Below, in pieces: positions 1 through 7,728 of a stretch of 58,849 nucleotides of DNA. The notes below the pieces were generated by a model. The model searched no databases. It was not told the DNA's origin and saw nothing but the letters and a program-made list of their open reading frames with translations. The stretch is from Candidatus Zipacnadia bacterium (lineage in GTDB: Bacteria > Armatimonadota > Zipacnadia > Zipacnadales > UBA5352): positions 1-58,849 of the forward strand of contig JALGVE010000010.1 of assembly GCA_029820045.1 (NCBI GenBank), read 5' to 3'. Numbering within the stretch: position 1 is the first letter of the stretch; the number at the start of each line of letters is the position of its first letter. Position numbers and translations under genes: made by a program.

Positions 1-1
1 C

Positions 2-142
2 ACGGCGGTGATGCACTTCGTGGACTGCCTTATGGAGGGCAGCGAACCGGTATCGCCGGGCACGGACGGCCTGCGCATCATGAGACTCCTCGACGCGATG
101 TACAAGTCCGCCGACACCGGCAAGGCGGTGACGATCAAGTAG
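2..142 (+). CDS. 3' end of a Gfo/Idh/MocA-family oxidoreductase (gene starts left of the window)
   Basis: Frame 2 reads TAVMHFVDCLMEGSEPVSPGTDGLRIMRLLDAMYKSADTGKAVTIK*, a typical Gfo/Idh/MocA C-terminus (F..C....P....DG...M..LDA.Y.SA..G..V). Confidence 0.85.
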   Translation, partial: TAVMHFVDCLMEGSEPVSPGTDGLRIMRLLDAMYKSADTGKAVTIK

Positions 143-175
143 TGTTGAAGCATCGGCCCGTGCAGGCAGCGCGGG

Positions 176-589
176 CTATGTGTCTTCTTCAGGTGACAAA
201 GGCAGGGGCGGCAGGACCTGCTCAACCCAGTCGAGGAAGCGCTTCGCCTGTGTGATGATCCTGTCGGCGGAATCGCGGCCGATCGCGCGCCCCTCATACT
301 CGGCGGCATTCTTCTCGCGGATGATCTGGGTGAACTGCCTGGCGTGCCTGGCCGCCTGCTCCTCCCAACGTGTACCTCTGAGTGCTCGCTGGAGGAACCT
401 GCCGGCCTCGCTATGTGATTCGCCGGCGGCTCGTTCGCCAAGCTGGTAGAGACACAGTGCATCGTTCGCAGCGATCACCGCGTGAACAGCGTTGCTGGCC
501 GCCTGACTGGTGTGCTCCGGGTCATGGGCGGCCTCAGCTACCTCCAGGAAGCGTCGGGCCTGTATCAGGAATCCCTGCCAGTTCGCCAC
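176..589 (-). CDS. HEPN-domain protein (putative toxin of an MNT/HEPN pair)
   Basis: 137 aa helical protein with ARRFLEVAE, NAVHAVIAANDAL, GESH and KNAAEY segments typical of HEPN. Overlaps the upstream MNT gene by 25 nt. Confidence 0.75.
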   Translation of the reverse strand: MANWQGFLIQARRFLEVAEAAHDPEHTSQAASNAVHAVIAANDALCLYQLGERAAGESHSEAGRFLQRALRGTRWEEQAARHARQFTQIIREKNAAEYEGRAIGRDSADRIITQAKRFLDWVEQVLPPLPLSPEEDT

Positions 590-1194
590 CGGCTTCTCAG
601 CCTCTCAAGTGAGTCTCCCACCAACTTGATCCCGTCGCGCAGTATGTTCCGCCAGAAGTCGCTGTCCGCCTCCTCCCACTCACGCAGGTCAGCCAGGTCG
701 GCGATGTGCCACGACAGAGCTAGAGAGTGCTGCTCGGCAAGCGCGAGACATGTCTGATCAATCCGGGCCTCGATATGCTGGGTTTTGCGTTCGACGACGA
801 TCAGAATATCGGTGTCGCTCCCCGCTTCAGCCTCCCCGCGTGCCTCGCTGCCGTACAGGATAATGCTCAGCGCCTCCGGTACCTCCGACGAAAGAGCAGT
901 GACAACTCCCTCTGAACGCTTTTGCTCCGCAGCGAAGAGACCTCGCAGCCTCTCGATCAATTCCCCTTCGGGCTGTCTGAGTTCGTACGCGCTCGCGCGC
1001 CCGTGGTCTCGCTTGGTGAGCACCCCCGAGGCCACGAGTTCCTGCAATGCGTTCCATCCTGGCCCATATGATATGCGCGCCCGGCGGATGGTCTCTCGGC
1101 CACTAAGTGGGCTCTTGGCATGACAAAGCACGCGAAGCACGCCGACCTTCGCTGGCGACGACAGTATATCCTGGAGCGGGTACAGTAGCCACAT
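565..1194 (-). CDS. wHTH + minimal nucleotidyltransferase (MNT) antitoxin
   Basis: N-terminal wHTH (LSGRETIRRARISYGPGWNALQELVASGVL) and Pol-beta motif YGSEARGEAEAGSDTDILIV (GS-x10-DxD). Confidence 0.88.
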   Translation of the reverse strand: MWLLYPLQDILSSPAKVGVLRVLCHAKSPLSGRETIRRARISYGPGWNALQELVASGVLTKRDHGRASAYELRQPEGELIERLRGLFAAEQKRSEGVVTALSSEVPEALSIILYGSEARGEAEAGSDTDILIVVERKTQHIEARIDQTCLALAEQHSLALSWHIADLADLREWEEADSDFWRNILRDGIKLVGDSLERLRSRWRTGRDS

Positions 1195-1219
1195 TCGATA
1201 TCACGCAAGCAGCCGAGCT

Positions 1220-1257
1220 TGGTCTGTTTTCAGACCATATGGTCTGTATTCAGACCA
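1220..1257. promoter_or_regulatory. Twin palindromic operators TGGTCTG-N4-CAGACCA
   Basis: TGGTCTGTTTTCAGACCA (1220-1237) and TGGTCTGTATTCAGACCA (1240-1257), 20-bp period, directly downstream of the MNT promoter -10 box. Confidence 0.8.
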
Positions 1258-1286
1258 ATCATACCCGTAGCAAACGCCCGTGTCAA
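1258..1286 (-). promoter_or_regulatory. Sigma70-type promoter of the MNT-HEPN operon
   Basis: Minus strand TTGACA (1286-1281), 17 bp, TATGAT (1263-1258). Confidence 0.85.
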
Positions 1287-1416
1287 GCCCCGCCGAAGCA
1301 GGCCGGAGGTCGTACCTTTACGTCTCCTCCGGGCTTGCGTCCTCATGTATGTGTGCTTCTCGCTTCTCCTCCGGGCCGCGACAGCTGTGCGGGTCGCTGG
1401 CCGCGGCGACACGAGC

Positions 1417-1533
1417 CAACTTGCCGGGGGTTATCGGCTGTGGGGCGCCCGCTACGGCGTCATCTTCGCCCTTGACGAGCACCGCCGGCGCATATCAATC
1501 CGCGAGGTGGGGCACAGCGGCAGCATCTACTGA
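1417..1533 (+). pseudogene. Remnant of a RelE/ParE-family toxin gene (3' part only)
   Basis: LAGGYRLWGARYGVIFALDEHRRRISIREVGHSGSIY* matches the intact RelE at 1963-2220 at 22/37 residues. No recognisable 5' half or antitoxin. Confidence 0.75.
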
Positions 1534-1553
1534 GAGGGGAATGCGAAGGCGTC

Positions 1554-1623
1554 GCGCATCATGAGGCTCCTCGACGCGATGTACAAGTCCGCCGACACCG
1601 GCAAGGCGGTGACGATCAAGTAG
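1554..1623 (+). repeat. Second copy of the last 70 bp of the upstream oxidoreductase gene
   Basis: 69/70 identical to 73-142, including the stop codon. Confidence 0.97.
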
Positions 1624-1639
1624 CGCGGCTGCCTTCGCC

Positions 1640-1668
1640 TTGTCGCTCCCCATGGGCTGTGCTACAAT
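1640..1668 (+). promoter_or_regulatory. Sigma70-type promoter of the antitoxin-RelE pair
   Basis: TTGTCG, 17 bp, TACAAT with extended -10 TG. RBS GAGGAGG precedes ATG 1719. Confidence 0.65.
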
Positions 1669-1718
1669 GTGGGAGTAGGCCAGTGCTGTGTAAGGAGCGC
1701 CCCAGAGGAGGCAACGCA

Positions 1719-1976
1719 ATGGCTGAAGCCAAGGCACGGGATCGGCTGGCCCGGGCGTGGGAGCAGGCCCAGCGCCTGCCGGATCACCGCAAGGCCGCGC
1801 TGATAGACTACATCGAGTTCCTCGCCTCTCGCAGCGACGAGGATGAGATATGGCAGCCGGACCCCGAAGAGGAAGAGGCCATTCGCGCCTGGCTTGCCGG
1901 TGAGGGCGACGACGGTGTTCCCTGGGAAGAAGTGAAGCGCCGCTCGCGGGAACTGGGCGACCGTGTACTCGATTAG
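1719..1976 (+). CDS. Type II antitoxin (DUF2281-like)
   Basis: 85 aa acidic protein with LPDHRKAALIDYIEFL and C-terminal GVPWEEVK. Overlaps the toxin start by 14 nt. Confidence 0.75.
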   Translation: MAEAKARDRLARAWEQAQRLPDHRKAALIDYIEFLASRSDEDEIWQPDPEEEEAIRAWLAGEGDDGVPWEEVKRRSRELGDRVLD

Positions 1977-2220
1977 GTTCACAGGCAAGTCGGAGAGGCA
2001 GTTCCTACGCCTCGACGCGCGGACACGTGCACGGCTTGAGGAGCGGATCGATCAACTGGCGCAGTGGCCGAACACGACGCTCGATGTACGACCCCTCAGG
2101 GGCAACCTGGCGGGGGTCTACCGTCTCCGTGTCGGCCAGTACCGTGTGATTCTCGTGGTAGACGAAGAGCGCAAGCGCATCTCAGTGCGGGAGATCGGCC
2201 CCCGCGGGAGTATCTACTGA
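1963..2220 (+). CDS. relE: RelE/ParE-family toxin
   Basis: 85 aa, GTG start. YSIRFT...LRGNLAGVYRLRVGQYRVI...IGPRGSIY RelE signature. Confidence 0.9.
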   Translation: MYSIRFTGKSERQFLRLDARTRARLEERIDQLAQWPNTTLDVRPLRGNLAGVYRLRVGQYRVILVVDEERKRISVREIGPRGSIY

Positions 2221-2253
2221 GGCGGGAATGCCAAGGCCTCAGGGGCCTCGCGT

Positions 2254-2528
2254 ATCGAGCGCGAGTTCGTCTACTCGACGCTATGCGGCACCGAGGCGGG
2301 CGCGAGCCTGGAGCGCGTCTTCGGCTTCGACGGCATAGACGACACCGCGATTGACACCTGCGAACTGTACACGCAAGAGCACGGGGTGCCGGTGAACTGC
2401 ACTTCGTGGACTGCCTTATGGAGGGCAGCGAACCGGTATCGCCGGGCACGGACGGCCTGCGCATCATGAGACTCCTCGACGCGATGTACAAGTCCGCCGA
2501 GACAGGGAAGGCAGTGACCATCAAATAG
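2254..2528 (+). pseudogene. Internally deleted third copy of the oxidoreductase 3' region
   Basis: 2398-2528 matches 12-142 at 125/131. 2254-2397 encodes IEREFVYSTLCGTEAGASLERVFGFDGIDDTAIDTCELYTQEHGVPVN, resembling an earlier Gfo/Idh/MocA segment, joined out of frame. Confidence 0.8.
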
Positions 2529-2562
2529 TATTGTGGCAGGGGCCGCCCTCGGCCCCCGCATG

Positions 2563-4971
2563 TTAGTCCAGGTGTATCCCCGGAAGCAGCGTCCCGAGCA
2601 GGCCACGCACGTGGCGATTGGGGAACTGGGAGGCGGGTCTGAGTTCCCGGCCGACGCGGAACCGGACACAGGCCGCGATCGCCCCAGGCGAACCATCGTA
2701 GCTCCCACCGGGGGTGAACACGAGCCAACCGCCCTTCTCGACGCCGGGGCCCTTCACGAGCAGCAGGTCTGCCACGCGCTCGCCGGTGACAGTGCTCGCC
2801 AACACGGTCCTGCCGTCTCTACCGACCGTCACGATCATGCTGCCGCTCGGCCCGAATGCGAGCGACGTGACCGCGTCATCGTGTGCCGCGATGTCGTGCA
2901 GGAGGGACCCATCGCGGGCGTCGTGCAGCCCAACATGGCCGTCGGAGCAGCCAACAGCCAGTATCCTGCCGTCCGGGCTGAAGCGAAGCACTTGTGGGCT
3001 GTGAGGCGAGCCGCCACTGCCGAGGAGTTGACCGGACGCGGACTCGTAGACGATGATCCCGCCATAGGCCCCAATGGCAAGCCGGTCGCCGGTCGGGCTG
3101 AAAGCCATGAGGTCGCTCGCAATGACGCCCCGCTCCGGGAAGCGCGCCAGCTCCTCGCCGGTCGCTACATTGAGCACGACGATCTTCCCGCAGTGCGCCG
3201 CCAGCGTGCTTCCGTCCCCGCTCACGGCGATGGTCCTTATCGGCTCGAGGTCGGCCTCGTCGAGGTCAAACGATGCCGTTTCGTGCCCGTCCGCAAGGCG
3301 GATGACTCGCACGTGCCTGTTTGTCGGGAAGGCCACCAATCGTCCGGCTGTGTCCAGGACCGCCTCCGTGAGCTCACACGGATTGGAGATGGGCAGCGTC
3401 GCGATCAGCGATCCGTCAAAGAGGCTGTAGACCTGGGAGATGTGATTGCCCTCCCGCCGCGCGTCCAGCGTGAGGAGGAGCATGTTCCTGGCGTCGATCT
3501 GGAACGCCGAGGCGCTTCCGATCTCACAGCCGGTCCCCTCAAGCGACGGCCCTACTCCCGACCACGTGACTCTGTCTACCGATGATCGCCGCTCCGGGAC
3601 TAGTCGGCCAAGGTGCGGGTCGATCCACCACCGCGAACTCGCGGCGCGGGCGCGGATCGCGGTCAGGCGCCCATCGGGCTGAAACGCGACGGCGAAGGGC
3701 ACCATCCCCCCAGGTCTTGCGGTCGGCGCCATGGGGCGCGGTGCCGGCTCGGAGGCCGGCCGCCACACACACGTCAAGGCCTGCGCCACCCCCGCGGCGA
3801 TCAACTGTGGCTCCCGTGTGTAGCGTAGGGCGCGGATGGGGCGGTGATCGTGCGGGGGTTCGTCGGGCCACTGCCACGAGGCGATTTCCGCGTGTGTGCC
3901 CAAGTTCCAGACCCGCACCGTGCCGTCGCAGTGCGCCACCGCCACTCGCTGCTCCCAGTGCTGGAGGGCTACCAGCAGCGGGTCTTCCGGCCGCCCGCCG
4001 GGCCCGTGCCCGGGAACCAGCTCTACCCCGTCGGCCGAGCGTTCGCGCCAGACCCAGACTCCGGTCTCGGGACCCGAGGCTGCCCTGAGATGACCCGAGA
4101 TGGCGACGCCCGTTATAGTCGGGCGCGCTGGGAGCGCTGAGCTGAGCTGCGGGGGCATCCAGTGGTCTGGTCTGGGCCGCAAGTCATAGGTGCCTCGATT
4201 GATGTGATGGAAGCGCACGGCGCCGTCGGCGTACCCCAGGAGCAGGTACGGAGCGTGCGGCTCGAAGGCGACGGCCGTTGCCGGGGCCTTGGTGGCACCC
4301 CCGTGGATGATATCTACCTCCTCCCCTGTGCTCGTATCCCATATCCGAACGTCCTCGTGGTGCCTGCAGGAACCGGATGCGAGCCGCTTGCCGTCCGACG
4401 AGAGGGCCAGAGCCCGCAGGCACTTGTCAGCGGGGGAGAATGCGAGCAGCTCCTCACCCGTGGCCGCCCGGAGCAGTCGGATCTTGCCGTGGGAGAAGCT
4501 GCCGTAGGCGAGCAGGAGCGCCTCGTCGGCGAGCGCCGGCAGTCCGGCCACCTTTGGCTGCAGCTCGTAGGCGGCCCGCAGCTCGAGGCTGTCCGCGTCC
4601 CAGACCTGGATGCGTCGTCCGAAATCGGCAAGGACCAAGCTGCGCCCGTCCTGGCTGAAATCGATCCACTGGGGTTCGGAGACAATGCGTAGGATCAACT
4701 CGGGATCAGTCGCCCAGTCAGGGCGTGAGCTTCGCTGGCTGTGTATTGGCCCTGCCTGCCCGCCAGAGATCTCCTGGTCGGCGAACGCAGCCGCGAGAGA
4801 GAGGCGATCAGGCTCAGCGGCTGCATCACCAGACCGCGCGCAGCCACCGATGCAACATGTAACCGCGAGCACGCAGCAACCCACCGCGGCCGACAGCAGC
4901 TTCATGAGTACCCCCTGTCGTCGATCAACGGCCCGCGACTGTCCCGGCGACGCAAGCGTGGTTAGGGTCAT
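2563..4971 (-). CDS. WD40-repeat (beta-propeller) putative lipoprotein
   Basis: Many WD40 repeats (FSQDG, LSSDGKRLASGS, VRIWDT, FSPDGRILAVGCSDG, AHDDAVTSLAF). Lipobox-like IGG-C. Alternative start at 4905 (MKLLSAAVG). Confidence 0.85.
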   Translation of the reverse strand: MTLTTLASPGQSRAVDRRQGVLMKLLSAAVGCCVLAVTCCIGGCARSGDAAAEPDRLSLAAAFADQEISGGQAGPIHSQRSSRPDWATDPELILRIVSEPQWIDFSQDGRSLVLADFGRRIQVWDADSLELRAAYELQPKVAGLPALADEALLLAYGSFSHGKIRLLRAATGEELLAFSPADKCLRALALSSDGKRLASGSCRHHEDVRIWDTSTGEEVDIIHGGATKAPATAVAFEPHAPYLLLGYADGAVRFHHINRGTYDLRPRPDHWMPPQLSSALPARPTITGVAISGHLRAASGPETGVWVWRERSADGVELVPGHGPGGRPEDPLLVALQHWEQRVAVAHCDGTVRVWNLGTHAEIASWQWPDEPPHDHRPIRALRYTREPQLIAAGVAQALTCVWRPASEPAPRPMAPTARPGGMVPFAVAFQPDGRLTAIRARAASSRWWIDPHLGRLVPERRSSVDRVTWSGVGPSLEGTGCEIGSASAFQIDARNMLLLTLDARREGNHISQVYSLFDGSLIATLPISNPCELTEAVLDTAGRLVAFPTNRHVRVIRLADGHETASFDLDEADLEPIRTIAVSGDGSTLAAHCGKIVVLNVATGEELARFPERGVIASDLMAFSPTGDRLAIGAYGGIIVYESASGQLLGSGGSPHSPQVLRFSPDGRILAVGCSDGHVGLHDARDGSLLHDIAAHDDAVTSLAFGPSGSMIVTVGRDGRTVLASTVTGERVADLLLVKGPGVEKGGWLVFTPGGSYDGSPGAIAACVRFRVGRELRPASQFPNRHVRGLLGTLLPGIHLD

Positions 4972-5100
4972 AGAAACCTCCCGGCCGCCCCGTCAGCAGT
5001 CGGCCACTCCGTCTCGATGAGCGCGACGACCTCCCGGGGACCGTCCCGAGATCCTCCTTGGCGTCGACCTCGCCCGCTTGTGCTGTTCGCCTGAGGCGCA

Positions 5101-7728
5101 TCAGGCCTCAGCGAGTATCCCGTCCATGTGGTCTGCCAGCTTCTCCAGGGCCTCGTCTACGTCGCGCTCGCCGAGCAGGACCGGGTGGAGGTGATGCTGC
5201 ATCAGTTGGGATATGCGCGAGTAGTGGGGGATGTCGTGACGGTGCCGCGCCGTGCGCAGCATCTCGCGTAGCAGGGGATAGTGCGGGTTGAAGGCCAAGA
5301 CGTCGGGGTCGGCGTACAGCGACTCAATCGTGGGCAGCGGGCCGCCGCGCAGGGCCCGCTCCTTCTGTATCTCGTGGCTGCTCATGAACTTGATGAACTC
5401 GCCCGCCGCCACCGGCGCGCGCGCGTTCATCGGAATCGCGTAGTGCCACCCGCCCAGGAACGTGTACCCGGCATCTCCCTCCGGGCCCCGGGGCGGCGGC
5501 GCAATCCCAACCTTACCGCGCACCGCGGCGTCGGGCCGGTTCGTCTCCTGGAGCACGCTGGGCAACATGCTGAGGAAGACGGTGTGGCCCTGGACGAAGT
5601 TCTCCTGCGGCTCAAGGCCGTGGGCCGCCGTGGTCACGCTCAGCGGCGTAATCCCGTGGACGTGAATGAGGTCGCGCATGAACTGCAGGGCCGCGCGGGC
5701 CGCGTCGCTGTTTAGCGCGCTGCGCCCGTCCTCGAGCACCTCGCCACCGTTGCTCCACAGGTTGGTGAGGAACGAGGTGCTCAGGCCCTCGTAGAGATAG
5801 CCCGGGAACTGATAGCCGATGAGGCTCTCATCCTTCTCGCCCGCCAGGATGGTCTTCGCCTGCTCGATAAGCTCATCCCAGGTCGCAGGCGGGTCCTGGA
5901 AGCCGTAGGTCTCAAGGAGGTCCTCGCGGTAGAGGAAGACGCCACACAGAGCAATCGCCGGGACGCCGTAGAGATGCTCGCCCCGGATGGCCGGCTGAAC
6001 GAAATCGCTGATATGCTGCTCAAGCTCCTCGGGCGGCAGCAGGTCCTCCACCGGGCGCAGATCCATGGTGTCAATGACCTCAGGCATCCAGTACAGGCAC
6101 AGCGGCGCCACGGAGAGGTTGGTGCTCTCAGCGCGCATGGCGGTGGTGACGACGTTGAAGACCTCGTCCGGGTTGTACGGAATGCTCAGCGCGACTGAGG
6201 AGACGTTGGGATACATCTGAGTGAACCTGTCCAGCAACTCGGCGTTGAGCTGCTGATCGTACTCGGTGAAGCTTCTGACGGAGAGGGTAACGGTGGTGGC
6301 GCGCGCGGCGCCGGCCATCACGCCCTCGGCGCCCTCGAAGCGGCTCTGCACCTCGATGCCTCGGTCGGTGATGCTGTAGCGCCAGATGCCCTTGTCATGG
6401 TCGCAGCCCCGCATCTTGAGCACCGAGATGGCGCGCTGTATCTCGCTCTCCAGCTCCAGGTACTTCATCAGGATGATGCCATCAACGATGATGGAGATGT
6501 GCTCGCTGGTGACGTAGGTCTGACCGAAGAGCTCCGGCACCTCGGTGGTCAGCAGGGCAGTGACCCCGCGGCGGTTGAGCATCTCCACGAGGGAGTAGAC
6601 CGACTCGCGCAGCGAGTTGCTGTCCGTAATGGACAGTTCGAGGTCGGTAAGGCTATCGAAGACCACGCGGCTGGCTCCCATCTGCTCGATCGCCTGGTCG
6701 AGTTCGATCATCAGTTGCTCGAAGCGTGTGGTGAGCGGCGAGCAGTGGATGACCCTGAGCTTGCCGGTCTGCTCGAGTTGGGGGAGGTCCAGCCCGAAGC
6801 CGGCCGCCAGACAGGCCAACTTCGCGGGCGACTCCTCGAAGCTCACGAGGAGGCCCGGCTCCCCTTGGCGGGCGCCCTCGCAGACGAACTGCAGTCCCAG
6901 CGTGGTCTTGCCTACTCCCGCGCTGCCGGCGACCAGGGTGGCGCTATTCTCCCCTAGCCCGCCGCAGAGCATGCCGTCGAGGCCGCTCACACCTGTGGAG
7001 ATGCTCCCGACCGGGAGGGCCGGCTCAGGTTCGCGCGACACAGGGTGGTATCGCGGGTAGACGACAGCGCCCTCGGAGGTCAACTCGAAGCCGTGGCGCC
7101 CTTGCCGGTGCGCCTGGCCTCGCGCCTTGAGCACCTCCACGTAGCGCCTGCGCCTCAACTGCCCAGCCAGCGGGTAGTCCAACCTGATGACGGTGTCGCA
7201 CAGGTACTCCTCAAAGGGCACGAACTCCGGCTGCGTGTCCTCGAGTTCTTTCGTGATGATCGCGGTGAGTTCCGCACGCTTGATGCCGTTTATCATCCCG
7301 TAGAAGAGGGAGCGAAGCTCCTTGGGGTCGTCGCTTATCTGCATCAGGTGGGAGGCGCTGTCAATCATCAAGCGGCTGACGCCCATCTCCTCCACGAGCC
7401 GGTCAACCAGCCCGCCGACTTCACCGAGCTGGTCCAGGAAGACCTCGGGCGAGGTGCAGATGAGCCTGACCAGCCCGTCCCGCTCCAGGGCCTCCAGGTC
7501 CCAGCCGAACCTGGTGGCATCAGCCACCATCTGCTCCGGGAACTGCTCGAAGGTAATGACCAACCCGGCCTCGTTCTCGTTCAGGGCCCCGTGGTGTATG
7601 AACTGCAGTCCCACGGTGGTCTTTCCGGTGCCGGGAATGCCCTCGAGCAGCGTGCAGGTGCCGCTGCGCAGCCCGCCTGCGAGAATCTCGTCCAGGCCGG
7701 CGATGCCAGTGGCCACCAGCTTACTCAT
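5101..7728 (-). CDS. KaiC-like double RecA-domain ATPase fused to a C-terminal carbohydrate solute-binding-protein domain
   Basis: Two Walker A motifs (GIPGTGKT, GSAGVGKT), TG(I/V)xGLD starts, FEQ/FEE, KARG/KMRG. From about 6290 an SBP domain (LYGVP, YREDLL, PPATWDEL, LGGWHYAI). Start 7728 has an AGGAG RBS and overlaps the upstream stop. Confidence 0.92.
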   Translation of the reverse strand: MSKLVATGIAGLDEILAGGLRSGTCTLLEGIPGTGKTTVGLQFIHHGALNENEAGLVITFEQFPEQMVADATRFGWDLEALERDGLVRLICTSPEVFLDQLGEVGGLVDRLVEEMGVSRLMIDSASHLMQISDDPKELRSLFYGMINGIKRAELTAIITKELEDTQPEFVPFEEYLCDTVIRLDYPLAGQLRRRRYVEVLKARGQAHRQGRHGFELTSEGAVVYPRYHPVSREPEPALPVGSISTGVSGLDGMLCGGLGENSATLVAGSAGVGKTTLGLQFVCEGARQGEPGLLVSFEESPAKLACLAAGFGLDLPQLEQTGKLRVIHCSPLTTRFEQLMIELDQAIEQMGASRVVFDSLTDLELSITDSNSLRESVYSLVEMLNRRGVTALLTTEVPELFGQTYVTSEHISIIVDGIILMKYLELESEIQRAISVLKMRGCDHDKGIWRYSITDRGIEVQSRFEGAEGVMAGAARATTVTLSVRSFTEYDQQLNAELLDRFTQMYPNVSSVALSIPYNPDEVFNVVTTAMRAESTNLSVAPLCLYWMPEVIDTMDLRPVEDLLPPEELEQHISDFVQPAIRGEHLYGVPAIALCGVFLYREDLLETYGFQDPPATWDELIEQAKTILAGEKDESLIGYQFPGYLYEGLSTSFLTNLWSNGGEVLEDGRSALNSDAARAALQFMRDLIHVHGITPLSVTTAAHGLEPQENFVQGHTVFLSMLPSVLQETNRPDAAVRGKVGIAPPPRGPEGDAGYTFLGGWHYAIPMNARAPVAAGEFIKFMSSHEIQKERALRGGPLPTIESLYADPDVLAFNPHYPLLREMLRTARHRHDIPHYSRISQLMQHHLHPVLLGERDVDEALEKLADHMDGILAEA

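Noticed and set aside
1219-1533. 104-aa ORF as a full gene
   Set aside because: Its 5' part runs across the MNT promoter and operators. Only the last about 38 codons resemble RelE.
143-2528. Prophage, classical integron or IS
   Set aside because: No integrase, transposase, phage genes or recognisable attC sites. Only gene-tail direct repeats.
5101-6290. Separate ABC transporter binding-protein gene
   Set aside because: In frame with the ATPase, with no intervening stop, signal peptide or neighbouring permeases.
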